From Macrostomum lignano (Eukaryota), in contig NIVC01002960.1 of NCBI GenBank assembly GCA_002269645.1, positions 64,477 to 128,476 of the forward strand: 64,000 nt of DNA, given 5' to 3'. Below are positions 23,208 to 47,532 of the stretch, piece by piece; the stretch's first letter is position 1, and every line of letters starts with the position of its first letter. A program made the position numbers and the translations under genes. The notes under the pieces were generated by a model, which saw nothing but the letters and a program-made list of their open reading frames with translations, searched no databases and was not told the origin of the DNA.

Positions 23208-23759
23208 GGCTGAGTCAGACTGGGCTTCGACCTAGGATGCTCTGCTCTCAGCTTGAATCAGCAGAGCAGCTCTCGGTCGGCTGGGCAGTTCATTTTAAGG
23301 TTGCGACTCGCGCGGCCCGGCAGTGACAGGCGCGCAATTTTCCGCATAATTTGCTAGCAACGCCTGCGGCCCGGCTGAAGCTGGCAAGACCTCGGTAACC
23401 CGGTTAAGCTGTCTCTATTAATATTCAATTTGTTTGCAATTACGCAGCACATTAAGAAACGTAATTTTATCAGATATTTTCTCGAATTAGCATTTCCACA
23501 ATGCCTTACGCTTGTAACCGCACCTGCTCAGACCCCACAGGTAAATCATTGCGAAGTTCTTCTACGAGCGCATGTGCGTATTTTTAACAGAAAGGGATCG
23601 AAGTTTTATCCCCATTGCGTTGAAAAGTCGCATTGATTTTGTCTGTAGGACCGAGAGTTACGCGCGATTTCACGTCTGCAGTTGCTGGCGACGAGCTACG
23701 AGAGTAACTGCAACTGCCTGTCTGTACCAATTTAGTGAACCTAATTGGTCACACAATTC

Positions 23760-24190
23760 ACATGGGCCCTGAGCCCCTGGTCCCTATTCCTTCTACGTTC
23801 ATCAATCGTCAGATCGATGACTGGGCTGATTCCCTTCAGAGGGACAGATGGGCGGGCACCCAGGACTGCCGGCGATTCCGGTCCGCGGTTCCGAGCCCTT
23901 CCCGCAGGTTCAGAAACATCCTTCTCACTCAAAATCAGAAGGATATCCGCGCCCTTGTCATGACACTTACCGGTCACGGCTACCTCACCAGGCTCTGCTT
24001 CCTCCGAGAGTGAACTTTACCCTTTTTGCGAATTCCCTTTCTTCACCAAAGACCGGTACCAAAATCGTATCGTATCATACCTCGTACGATACCCGTCTTT
24101 TGACGAGGTCTGCCAGCCCAGCCCGAAAGCATCCCACGGCTCATCCAGTTCCTCTGGGAGACAAGACAAGCCATGCACTTTCTTCCCCAC
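23760..24190 (+). mobile_element. Degenerate 3' fragment of a non-LTR retrotransposon ORF2 (region after RNase H)
   Basis: Translation MGPEPLVPIP...IDDW...RALVMTLTGHGYL and a later RLIQFLWET resemble the GPEP / LTGH / FL motifs of RNase-H-bearing LINEs as recalled; contains a stop and frameshifts. Confidence 0.55.
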
Positions 24191-24256
24191 GGAAGATCAC
24201 GCTGCAGGACGGACCGGCGGACCAACCCTGACCGGCTCCACGCCTCTCCCTGCCTG

Positions 24257-24967
24257 CGGTCTGAAGGGCTGGCCGCATCCTGGGGAATTCCCATTTCCCA
24301 TCCAGCGGGTTTAAAGGGCTGGCCACATCCTGGGGAATTCCTACCCAGTGGGTCTGAAGGGCTGGCCGCATCCTGGGGAATTCCCATTTCCCACCCAGCG
24401 GTTCTGAAGGGCTGGCCGCATCCTGGGGAATTCCCACCCAGCGGGTCTGAATGGCTGGCCGCATCCTGGGGAATTCCCATTTCCCACCCAGCGGGTCTGA
24501 AGGGCTGGCCGCATCCTGGGGAATTCCCATTTCCCATCCAGCGGGTTTAAAGGGCTGGCCACATCCTGGGGAATTCCTACCCAGTGGGTCTGAAGGGCTG
24601 GCCGCATCCTGGGGAATTCCCATTTCCCACCCAGCGGTTCTGAAGGGCTGGCCGCATCCTGGGGAATTCCCACCCAGCCGGTCTGAATGGCTGGCCGCAT
24701 CCTGGGGAATTCCCATTTCCCACCCAGCGGTTCTGAAGGGCTGGCCGCATCCTGGGGAATTCCCATTTCCCACCCAGCGGGTCTGAAGGGCTGGCCGCAT
24801 CCTGGGGAATTCCCATTTCCCACCCAGCGGTTCTGAAGGGCTGGCCGCATCCTGGGGAATTCCCATTTCCCACCCAGCGGGTCTGAAGGGCTGGCCGCAT
24901 CCTGGGGAATTCCCATTTCCCACCCAGCGGGTCTGAAGGGCTGGCCGCATCCTGGGGAATTCCCATC
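24257..24967. repeat. About 50-bp minisatellite with length variants
   Basis: Unit GGGTCTGAAGGGCTGGCCGCATCCTGGGGAATTCCCATTTCCCACCCAGC. Confidence 0.95.
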
Positions 24968-26001
24968 CCTCTTGCAAGACACGATGTGAATTCGAGCATG
25001 CCTACTGGTTGTTGTCAGTTTGAGGGGCTGAGCAGGAACTGAAAGAGGCTTCATTTTTCAGTTAAAATGGCTCACTTGAGTCTAAACCTATGTCGGCTAT
25101 CTGGATAAGGGTCTGCTTCACACGTCACTATTGGTAGTAGTATCAACAGCAGTTTAAACGTTTTGGTTTCCCTTTTTCGTACCTAGTAGTGATTTTCGTT
25201 GCATACTACTGTGACATGATCATGAGTAAAGTGCAAGTTGATTTTTCTACACGTATTTATGTGTTACAACGCCGAGATGAATCTGACATTCGATCCGGCC
25301 AGTTCCAGTTCTCCTATGCTTGCCTTGGCAGAGCGAGTCTGTTGCTTGCATAGGCTGAGAAAGTCAACACAGACCGCTCCGTTTGTCCTCGACAAACTGT
25401 GATGCAGACAGCCCTCCGCTTGTCTAATATTCATGCTGAGCTGTCTATGACAGAAAAGCTCTCAAAACAAAAAAGACTGCTAGCAACCCGCAGTTAACTC
25501 AATCACCGAAGTGCGGGACTGTATTTTCCTGATGGCTCTTGGGGCTCGCATCTGTGGGGCGCAGGCGGGAGTCTTCCGAAATCACACGGCGTCATGCAAA
25601 TAACATGCGAAAATTAATTAAAAAGCAATTTAGGAAACTGGACCAAAAGTTTACTGGGCATGGAGAAACGAGAGCATCGATTCGATTGACAAAGTATGCG
25701 ACGTAAATCCGAGGGTGTTTCTCCTGTGGTTACTGCACAGACAACGATTAGATATCGAAAATTCGAAAGAGGCGCAGACACACTGGGCTCGAGGCCGATG
25801 TCGAGCTGAGTGAAGTTAAGCAAAGCGAGTTCCATGGGGATTCGATCAGGTTCTCAGGGAGAATTTGCGCAAATTCGAGCCAGTCAATCAATATTCGCTG
25901 ATTAAGAAAATTTACATTTAAGCCGCAGTCTTTCCACTACAAAGCAAATTAATTACAGAGTGCGCATCGGCCCGAGGAAAGGGGGAGTCGCGTTGGCAGC
26001 T

Positions 26002-26358
26002 TCAGGTGCGCACCTGCACGGTGACACCGCTGAGGGTGTTCCACAGCTGCAGCACTTTGCCCCTGGAGGCGCTGGCGCTCTTCGCCTGCCTGCGATCGTA
26101 CAGCGACGGCAGCGGCGGAGCCACGAAGTAGGTCGTCGGCCGGCTGCTGGTGTAGCTGAAGGGCGGCCGGTGCTGGCTGGGGTACGGCAGCAGCAGGTTC
26201 GGCGCCGTGCGGGCGCGCCGCAGCTGGGCCTCCTCGCGCTGCCGGTCCTGCTGCTCCAGTCGCTGCCGGCGCATCCGCATCTCCTCGCGCATGTAGAAGC
26301 CGTAGATCTGGTTGGAGGTGTGCGGCTTCTCGCTCAGCCAGTTGTTGTAGTAGTCCAT
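26002..26358 (-). CDS. Hypothetical small protein (118 aa), possibly with a further 3' exon
   Basis: Strong GC3 codon bias like neighbouring real exons; R/E/Q-rich helical stretch; no recognisable family. Confidence 0.45.
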   Translation of the reverse strand: MDYYNNWLSEKPHTSNQIYGFYMREEMRMRRQRLEQQDRQREEAQLRRARTAPNLLLPYPSQHRPPFSYTSSRPTTYFVAPPLPSLYDRRQAKSASASRGKVLQLWNTLSGVTVQVRT

Positions 26359-28232
26359 CCTGGTGCTGCTCTCTGTCTGCTGTCTCCGTGTTGCTTATCC
26401 GGTTATCTGCCTCAGGTTGGCTCTCTGCCTCGGCTTGCGCCTGCTTAAAATACCTGCCCCCCCTTGCCTTCCACCTTGCGTTACCCTTGGATACCGCGTT
26501 GTGGGTTGGGGGGCTGGGGTGGAAAACTGTGTGCGTGCATGAGCGTCTGTCTCTCTCTCTCGGCATTGAGGCGGAGTCAGAGGCTTGAAAGTGGAGGTTG
26601 GGGCGGCTGCTGGCGCAAGCAGAGCGCGTGCATTCGGGTGGCGGAGAGCCCAGCGCCAGTGCCTGAGAAAGGCTGCTGGGCTTTGTGGGCGACAGATGGG
26701 GCTGCAGGTCGGGCAATGGCAGACTCAGGATCGTGGTGGGGACGAGTTGGGATCGGAAGCGGGCTGGGATCGCGTTGCTATGGGTGAGGGACTGAGGACT
26801 GGGTGATTTCTTACTCTTGAAACGGTGTAAATTCTCTCTAATCATTGCATATAGTGGAGACCGTCAAAACTGAAACCAAGCAGAAGCTTTTATGCGAAGT
26901 AAATAATGAATCAGTTGTCAAGAATTACGGTAAATTGAAGATAAATATGTACAGTAAGATTTTATGAAAAACATTTTTATCGCTCTTTTGCTAAACGAGC
27001 GCAACTCCGGCTGCTTAAGCACGCATAAAGCTGTGTACAGGCGGCTCTCTCAGTCGCACTTCTAATCTCGCACAGAAGCGCAGGCCAAAGTTTACCCGAT
27101 GACAGATAGTGGGGGCTGAGGCCACTTCGCAGCGCGCCATATGAATTAGAAGTGGATGGAATTAGGCTCGAATGCAGGGAGGCCCTTCTAGTTTCTGGCC
27201 TTCATACACAAGCTTTGGTCCAAATATAGGCGAGTTTTTTTAAAAAAACACAGGACTCCAGCTATGTGAAAATTTGATAAGAGAACTCAATATAACTCTC
27301 CTGGGCCAGGTGCTCGTAAAATAAATTTATGAATACCAAAGCACTGCAGTTTCACTGTTTCAGCAATTAATTGCCTAAGGCACTTTCTCCATTCCTGTCT
27401 GACAGCTTCATAATATGTAAATAGTAATCTCATAAAAGACTGAATTAAGCTGCAGGCACGATTCCCAAATACTATAAAAATATAGAGTAGAATTTGGGAA
27501 GCCATCTGGTTCTATCTATATAATCTACAAGTTAACATGTGGATAAACTTGCAGTAAGGATCTAGAGTTAAAAGACCAGAAGTCATAAAGAGACATAAAG
27601 AGCAAACGTGCACCTGGGCTGTTCAAATAATGCAGCGCAAATTAGTACGCCAGGATCCATATACATATGATATGGTGTCGATGAAAAGTGCTTGCAATTG
27701 TCCAAGCTAACTAGTACTCATTGAATGATTCAATTTGACTTTAAATTCAACTAAAGATTCTAGTTTTCATTGAGGCGGTCAATTCTAAGTTGCTTGAATG
27801 CATCTAAAAAATTTCTGGCGCTACTGAATCCACCCCATACGCAACTCACCGTGGATGTTTACTCAGACAAGCAAAGCAATAGGCATAGAGATATTTAAAC
27901 TTTATAAATATACAAGTAATCAGAAAACACAAAGGTACATTTTTGTCATACTTTACTTTTAACTTGTTTTACTGAGGGTTATATGAACTAGTATTGTTTG
28001 GGCAAAAATCAAATACCGCCTTTTACCAGAATTTCAGTCGACGACAACCTGATTGATTGATCACCTGACTGACTTCCAAATTTGCTTCATGCAGCAAATC
28101 AAAGACGAAAAATAAATGATATGCTCTTTCTGAAAGATGTTTTACTTTCCATTCAAGATTCCCTCAAGGGACTGACCATTGAAAGAAGATAAATTGTTGT
28201 TAGACACTTGAAATTTACATTTACTTCATTCG

Positions 28233-29599
28233 TTCTTTTAATTGGGTGTAGTTATGTTATAGGAGACTTGTGCAAAATATTAAATTTAAAATGGTTTATT
28301 CAGATTACTTTTTTCTTGGTTTTTTTTCTGATCTGGTTAAGTTTTAAAAATAGTCTTTAAAAATTTTCAATTATACTAAAACTAATTGTCTTTGTAATTG
28401 CCATGCTATAATATATACTTTTTTAATAATAGAAGGAACTAAACTTGCCTTATTATAATCTTTCCTTTGTCTAAAGCTATTATGGCTATTAAGTATTTGA
28501 TTTTTTGTTCTAAAAGTAGCTTTGCTTTTGACCAGCTTTAGTACTTAGTTTATTCTAAAGTCATATAGTATTTTAATTTTAGAACATTGATTGATGTCAA
28601 TAAAAAATTTAAGATCATTATAAAATACATGCAATAGCTAAATGTAATATACTTTTTTGAAACTGTTATTGATTTATAAATTTATCTTTAAAGGGTAATA
28701 TTTAATGTATAAAAATAATAGAATCAGTTTTAAAAGTGTGAAAAAGTATAATAAGCATTTTATATAGATCAAACAAATTTCTAAGGTTTTATTTTTATAA
28801 ACTAAATTTTCAATTTTTTTAATATAATAGAATTTGATAAATAAAGCTTTCTAATAAAATGATAATAAAGTTTAATATAATATAATAACTAAGCTATATT
28901 ATCATATATAGTAAAAATGGTCTATTAGCAAATAGCTATATGTGATCAATTAGAGAAAAAATAAATATTCTAATATTTTGGAAGCAAGCTTTACTCTTGA
29001 ATCTTATATATAGAATTTTCTAGCATAAAATAGACATAAAAATTGGTTGGTATAAAATATCTAATATGCAGAAAATCCATTGGGAAATTGTGCCACAGAG
29101 CCAGCATATGGCATAGCTATTAGTGTACAAAAGACCAAAATATTATAATGCAAGAAAGGAAGGTCCTGTATTGTTGCAATGCAAAAAAGGTCCTTTATTA
29201 TTGCAATGCCTTTCTGATAATGTCTGGTGTATATATTATAAATAAATTTGTTTTTTTCTGGTATAAACTTGAATTTATGGTGTAGGGAGTCACTTTTTCT
29301 GGCATAACTGTGTAACAAATTTGAGAGTGTAGGGAGCAAGACAAGTGATTGCCACAATTTGACTATTAGCTATTTAGACAGCTGACATTTTATGTTAAAC
29401 TAGGGTGGTTTAGGTTAGGATTAGGTTTATTGTTAGCAATCAATCTATACCAAATTGTTGTAGACCTAATATTCCTATATATTTATATATATCTGCATAC
29501 TGAACATGTCTAGACCATGTTAAAACTTGCTAGACCTACAATGAAAAAGAAGTTCACTGCTCTCAAAGCTCTAACTGTAAGCCCCATTTGAGCTTCAGT
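28233..29599. other. AT-rich island with no CpG seen (probably an eroded mobile element)
   Basis: Line-by-line scan found no CG dinucleotide between 28232 and 29600. Confidence 0.7.
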
Positions 29600-29609
29600 C
29601 GCCCCCTTC

Positions 29610-40482
<10,873 letters not shown>

Positions 40483-40504
40483 CAGGCCGACTGACGCACC
40501 GTCT

Positions 40505-42435
40505 GACTCTCCTGACACACCTGCCTCCCCCTGACACACCTGCCTCTTCCTGACACACCTGCCTCCCCCTGACACACCTGCCTCCCCTGACACACCTGCC
40601 TCCCCTGACACACCTGCCTCCCCCTGACACACCTGCTTCCCCCTGACACACCTGACTCCCTGACACACTTTCTGACTCCCCTGACACACCTTTTGATTTC
40701 CCCTGACACCGTCTGACTCCCCTGACACACCTGCCTCCCCTGACACACCTGCCTCCCCCTGACACACCTGCCTCCCCCTGACACACCTGCCTCCCCCTGA
40801 CACACCTGCCTCCCCCTGACACACCTGCCTCCCCCTGACACACCTGCCTCCCGTGACACACCTGCCTCCCTCTTAAACACCTGACTCCCCCTTAAACACC
40901 TGACTCCCCCTGACACACCCTTTGACTCCCCCTGACACACCTGCTTCCCCCTGACACACCTTTTGATTTTTCCTGACACCGTCTGACTCCCCTGACACAC
41001 CTGCCTCCCCTGACACACCTGCCTCCCCCTGACACACCTGCCTCCCCCTGACACACCTGCCTCCCCCTGACACACCTTCTGACTCCCTGACACACCTTTT
41101 GACTTCCCCTGACACACCTTCTGTCTCCCCTGACACACCTGCCTCCCCTGACACACCTTCTGACTCCCTGACACACCTGCTTCCCCCTGACACACCTGCT
41201 TCCCCCTGACACACCTGCTTCCCCCTGACACACCTTTTGACTTCCCCTGACACACCTGCCTCCCCCTGACACACCTTTTGACTCCCTGACATACTTTCTG
41301 ACTCCCCTGACACACCTTTTTACTTACCCTGACACACTTTCTGTCTCCCCTGACACACCTGCCTCCCCTGACACACCTGCCTCCCCTGACACCTGCCTCC
41401 CCTGACACACCTGCCTCCCGTGACACACCTGCCTCCCCTGACACCTGCCTCCCCTGACACACCTGCCTCCCTCTTAAACACCTGACTCCCCCTTAAACAC
41501 CTGACTCCCCCTGACACACCCTTTGACTCCCCCTGACACACCCTTTGACTCCCCTTGACACACCTGCTTCCCCCTGACACACCTTTTGATTTCCCCTGAC
41601 ACCGTCTGACTCCCCTGACACACCTACCTCCCCTGACACACCTGCCTCCCCTGACACACCTGCCTCCCCCTGACACACCTGCCTCCCCCTGACACACCTT
41701 TTGACTCCCTGACACACTTTCTGACTCCCCTGACACACCTTTTTACTTACCCTGACACACTTTCTGTCTCCCCTGACACACCTGCCTCCCCTGACACACC
41801 TGCCTCCCCTGACACCTGCCTCCCCTGACACACCTGCCTCCCGTGACACACCTGCCTCCCCTGACACACCTGCCTCCCCCTGACACACCCTTTGACTCCC
41901 CCTGACACACCTGCTTCCCCCTGACACACCTTTTGACTTCCCCTGACACACCTTCTGTCCCCCCTGACACACGTGCCTCCCCCTGACACACCTTTTGACT
42001 CCCTGACACACTTTCTGACTCCCCTGACACACCTTTTGACTTACCCTGACACACTTTCTGTCTCCCCTGACACACCTGCCTCCCGTGACACACCACTGCC
42101 TCCCCTGACACACCTGCCTCCCTCTTAAACACCTGACTCCCCCTGACACACCTGCTTCCCCCTGACACACCTTTTGACTTCCCCTGACACACCTTCTGTC
42201 CCCCCTGACACACCTGCCTCCCCCTGACACACCTTTTGACTTCCCCTGACACACCTTCTGTCCCCCCTGACACACCTGCCTCCCCCTGACACACCTTTTG
42301 ACTCCCTGACACACTTTCTGACTCCCCTGACACACCTTTTGACTTACCCTGACACACTTTCTGTCTCCCCTGACACACCTTTTGACTTACCCTGACACAC
42401 TTTCTGTCTCCCCTTACACACCGACTAAACCTTGA
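40505..42435. repeat. About 19-20 bp complex minisatellite (CCTGACACACCTGCCTCCC family)
   Basis: Direct reading. Confidence 0.95.
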
Positions 42436-43204
42436 TACACCGTCTGACACTGTCTGACTCCTTACTGACACATTGTCTGATACCCCCTGACTCATCATCT
42501 GCAGCACCCTCTGAGCGACTTACCCTCGTGACGTTCCTTGACGCGGTCTCAAACCTCCTTGACCTTCATTTGCCCTTCGGCCCCAGAAATCCGCCATTTC
42601 CTCTTCCACTGCCGCAGCGGCTCACCCTCCGCAATCTTCCACAATCTGCTCGGCCCTGGCGCTGTAAATCTGCTTCTCCGCCCCTCATCTTTAAGCTGTG
42701 ATGATTCATTAGGCCGCTGATTTAGCTTATTGTGCTCCCCACTGTGCTCTGTACAGCCCCGCACAGCCCGGCAGTGCAACTTCTCTGCTTCATCATTTTT
42801 GTGTCATTGTGCTAACAGCCAGTGCAAAACCGTTTTTTATTATTGTCAAGATGAAGCGTTTCTTCAGCCTCCGGTAGGCAGTGGTTTTCGGAGATGACGC
42901 GGTTGGGAGGGGTCTGCCTTGTTTTGCTTCGCCTTTTTTACTGCAGCCCATTTTTACCTGCCCCGAGTTCGGCACACATTTTTACTAAAGGAAAAGCGTT
43001 AAATTTTATTCTCTCTGCGTGTTTCTCTCTTTGACCTTTTTTATCTTCAATAAAAATCTGCTAATAAAAATGCTAAGAACTTTACTGTTTATTATAATTT
43101 ATCTGCCGGTAATGCGATCAGCGAGTAGTTCAAAATATATACCTGCGTAATTTACATTTTTATTCTGATCCAATTGGCTTTTTTTACCTTGAGCTTGATC
43201 ACAT

Positions 43205-43905
43205 GAAGCTGAGCTTTGAGGCTTTATGCTGAGCGGAGGGGATTGGCAGCTGAGCTTTGAGGCTTTATGCTGAGCGGAGGGGATTGGCAGCTGAGCTTTG
43301 AGGCTTTATGCTGAGCGGAGGGGATTCCCAGCTGAGCGGAGGGGATTCCCAGCTGAGCGGAGGGGATTCCCAGCTGAGCGGAGGGGATTGCCAGCTGAGC
43401 GGATGGGATTGCCAGCTGAGCGGAGGCGATTGGCAGCTGAGCGGAGGGGATTGGCAGCTAAGCGGAGGGGATTGGCAGCTGAGAGGAGGGGATTGGCAGC
43501 TGAGCGGAGGGAATTGCCAGCTGAGCGGAGGGGATTGGCAGCTAAGCGGAGGGGATTGGCAGCTGAAAGGAGGGGATTGGCAGCTGAGCGGAGGGAATTG
43601 CCAGCTGAGCGGAGTGGATTGGCAGCTGAGCGGAGGGGATTGGCAGCTGAGCGGAGGGGATTGGCAGCTGAGCGGAGGGGATTGCAGCTGAGCGGAGTGG
43701 ATTGGCAGCTGAGCGGAGGGGATTGGCAGCTGAGCGGAGGGAATTGCCAGTTGAGCGGAGGGGATTGGCAGCTGAGCGGAGGGGATTGGCAGCTAAGCGG
43801 AGGGGATTGGCAGCTGAGCGGAGGGGATTGGCAGCTAAGCGGAGGGGATTGGCAGCTGAGCGGAGGGGATTGGCAGCTGAGCGGAGGGAGGGGATTGCAG
43901 CTGAG
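43205..43905. repeat. 21-bp minisatellite GCTGAGCGGAGGGGATTGGCA
   Basis: Direct reading. Confidence 0.95.
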
Positions 43906-44219
43906 CGGGATGGTTCGGCAGCAGTGTGCTGAATGCATTTTTGTCGAATTGGATCCAGGAGTCCAGTAGTATGAACAAAGTGTGCAATTTGGGAGAAGTG
44001 AAATATCCGAGTAGGTCAACACTTTATTGTGCAATTTCATGAGAGTATGATGGGAGATTCCGTACTTGAATGATATATGCTTACATTACAAGTAAGAAAG
44101 GAGCGGCCACAGCCCCTGCAAAAGCTGCAGACAGTGCCTCAAACGGTGCAACCTCACAGATACCACAGGCTCAGTTCGAGTTTGGAGCTGGAGCACGCGG
44201 TTCCGCACCCCGAGCGCCA

Positions 44220-47207
44220 TCACGGAGCCGAGGCCACGGGGCCCGTCCCCCGAACTAGCAGCTTCCGGTCGATGTGGTCCGGATCGCGGATCTCCAGGTC
44301 CACCGGCTCCCAGTGCTGCTGCGCCACCAGCGACTCAACGGACGGCTCCAGCCGGCCTGTCAGCAGCGCCCAGGCGATCAGGATGGCGCAGGCCGCCACC
44401 AGGAAGGTCGCAGCGGTCCCGGCCACCAGACCAACCCAGCTGTGGCTGCGGACAACTTCCGGCTTGGCCAGCTGCTGCAGCAGGAAGCGGTGGATGTCGG
44501 CTGGTAGGTCCGCGTCCATTGCGCTGCCGATCTGGCGATCACCGTTGGTGCACAGAGCTTGCTGCCGCGGAACTGCAGGTGGGGCTGCTGCTCTGTGACA
44601 CCGCCTATGTCTCCGTTCCCTGTCTCCCTCCCTCTGTCTCCTCCCTCTGTCTCCCTCCCTCTGTCTCCTCCCTCTGTCTCCCTCCCTCTGTCTCCCTCCC
44701 TCTGTCTCCCTCCTCTCTGTCTCCCTCCCTCTGTCTCCCTCCCTCTGTCTCCCTCCCTCTGTCTCCTCCCTCTGTCTCCCTCCCTCTGTCTCCTCCCTCT
44801 GTCTCCCTCCCTCTGTCTCCTCCCTCTGTCTCCTCCCTCTGTCTCCTCCCTCTGTCTCCCTCCCTCTGTCTCCTCCCTCTGTCTCCCTCCCTCTGTCTCC
44901 TCCCTCTGTCTCCCTCCCTCTGTCTCCCTCCCTCTGTCTCCCTCCCTCTGTCTCCCTCCCTCTGTCTCCCTCCCTCTGTCTCCCTCCCTCTGTCTCCCTC
45001 CCTCTGTCTCCCTCCCTCTGTCTCCCTCCCTCTGTCTCCTCCCTCTGTCTCCCTCCCTCTGTCTCCTCCCTCTGTCTCCCTCCCTCTGTCTCCTCCCTCT
45101 GTCTCCCTCCCTCTGTCTCCTCCCTCTGTCTCCCTCCCTCTGTCTCCTCCCTCTGTCTCCTCCCTCTGTCTCCTCCCTCTGTCTCCCTCCCTCTGTCTCC
45201 CTCCCTCTGTCTCCTCCCTCTGTCTCCCTCCCTCTGTCTCCTCCCTCTGTCTCCCTCCCTCTGTCTCCCTCCCTCTGTCTCCCTCCCTCTGTCTCCCTCC
45301 CTCTGTCTCCTCCCTCTGTCTCCCTCCCTCTGTCTCCCTACCTCTGTCTCCCTCCCTCTGTCTCCTCCCTCTGTCTCCCTCCCTCTGTCTCCCTCCCTCT
45401 GTCTCCTCCCTCTGTCTCCCTCCCTCTGTCTCCCTCCCTGTATCTCCTCCCTCTGTCTCCCTCCCTCTGTCTCCTCCCTCTGTCTCCCTCCCTCTGTCTC
45501 CTCCCTCTGTCTCCCTCCCTCTGTCTCCTCCCTCTGTCTCCCTCCCTCTGTCTCCTCCCTCTGTCTCCCTCCCTCTGTCTCCTCCCTCTGTCTCCCTCCC
45601 TCTGTCTCCTCCCTCTGTCTCCCTCCCTCTGTCTCCCTCCCTCTGTCTCCCTCCCTCTGTCTCCCTCCCTCTGTCTCCCTCCCTCTGTCTCCCTCCCTCT
45701 GTCTCCCTCCCTCTGTCTCCCTCCCTCTGTCTCCCTCCCTCTGTCTCCTCCCTCTGTCTCCCTCCCTCTGTCTCCTCCCTCTGTCTCCCTCCCTCTGTCT
45801 CCTCCCTCTGTCTCCCTCCCTCTGTCTCCTCCCTCTGTCTCCCTCCCTCTGTCTCCTCCCTCTGTCTCCCTCCCTCTGTCTCCTCCCTCTGTCTCCCTCC
45901 CTCTGTCTCCCTCCCTCTGTCTCCTCCCTCTGTCTCCCTCCCTCTGTCTCCTCCCTCTGTCTCCCTCCCTCTGTCTCCCTCCCTCTGTCTCCCTCCCTCT
46001 GTCTCCCTCCCTCTGTCTCCTCCCTCTGTCTCCCTCCCTCTGTCTCCCCCTCTGTCTCCCTCCCTCTGTCTCCCTCCCTCTGTCTCCCTCCCTCTGTCTC
46101 CCTCCCTCTGTCTCCCTCCCTCTGTCTCCTCCCTCTGTCTCCCTCCCTCTGTCTCCCTCCCTGTATCTCCTCCCTCTGTCTCCCTCCCTCTGTCTCCTCC
46201 CTCTGTCTCCCTCCCTCTGTCTCCTCCCTCTGTCTCCTCCCTCTGTCTCCTCCCTCTGTCTCCTCCCTCTGTCTCCTCCCTCTGTCTCCTCCCTCTGTCT
46301 CCTCCCTCTGTCTCCCTCCCTCTGTCTCCTCCCTCTGTCTCCTCCCTCTGTCTCCTCCCTCTGTCTCCCTCTCTCTGTCTCCCTCTTTGTTATTCGCCCT
46401 CTCCCTCTACCATCGCCTTCCATCTCCAATATCCCTCTACTTCTCTCCCAATCATTCCCGATCCTCCAGTTCGCTGACCAATCGTCTCCGCCAGTCTGAA
46501 TCATTCCCATCCCACCTGTTCTGGCGGAACTCACTCCGGATGTAGCCAGCAGATCTCCAGGCGCTTTCAGAGCAATTAAGAAGCGATTTCGTCCTGTAGA
46601 GCTCGGTGTTTGAGCTCGACGCTCCGAACTCCAGCTGTAATTAAAATGTTACTAAAGATTGAGAAGTGGTGATAGACGAATAGGGAGAGACGGGTAGAGT
46701 GACAAGTAGAGTGACGGGCAGAGTGACGAGTAGAGTGACGGGTAGAGTGACGGGTAGAGTGACGGGTAGAGTGACGGGCAGAGTGACGAGTAGAGTGACG
46801 GGTAGAGTGACGGGTAGAGTGACGGGTAGAGTGACGGGTAGAGTGACGGGTAGAGTGACGGGGAGAGTGACGGGTAGAGTGACGGCGAGAGTGACGGCGA
46901 GAGTGACGGCGAGATTGACGGGGAGAAGTTGGGAGATTTTTTATGTGATTAGTCATACGGCACCGACTCTAACAGAAGCCGCGCACTCACCAGGATGCGG
47001 TAGGCCCGGGAGCAGAACAAAAGCTTTGCACTGAGGCGCAGCAGGGCGTAGCGATATCTCTGCCCGTCGGGCATAAGCAGCTGCTTCTGCGGGGTTGGCG
47101 ACTGCTTTTGCTGAACAGCTGGCAAACAGACAGACGGACAGACAGACAGGCAGACAGACAGACAGACAGGCAGACAGACAGACAGACAGACAGACAGGCA
47201 GGCAGGC

Positions 47208-47248
<41 letters not shown>

Positions 47249-47251
47249 GGC

Positions 47252-47312
<61 letters not shown>

Positions 47313-47319
47313 GGCAGGC

Positions 47320-47364
<45 letters not shown>

Positions 47365-47391
47365 GGCAGACAGACAGATAGACAGACAGGC

Positions 47392-47456
<65 letters not shown>

Positions 47457-47484
47457 GGCAGACAGACAGACAGACAGACGGACC

Positions 47485-47532
<48 letters not shown>

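Noticed and set aside
29395-29430. Telomere-like TTAGG stretch
   Set aside because: Only 3-4 degenerate units; not distinguishable from the decayed AT-rich background.
42432-42780. GC-rich segment with a minus-strand GTAAGT donor, possible exon
   Set aside because: No reading frame stays open between a plausible acceptor and the donor.
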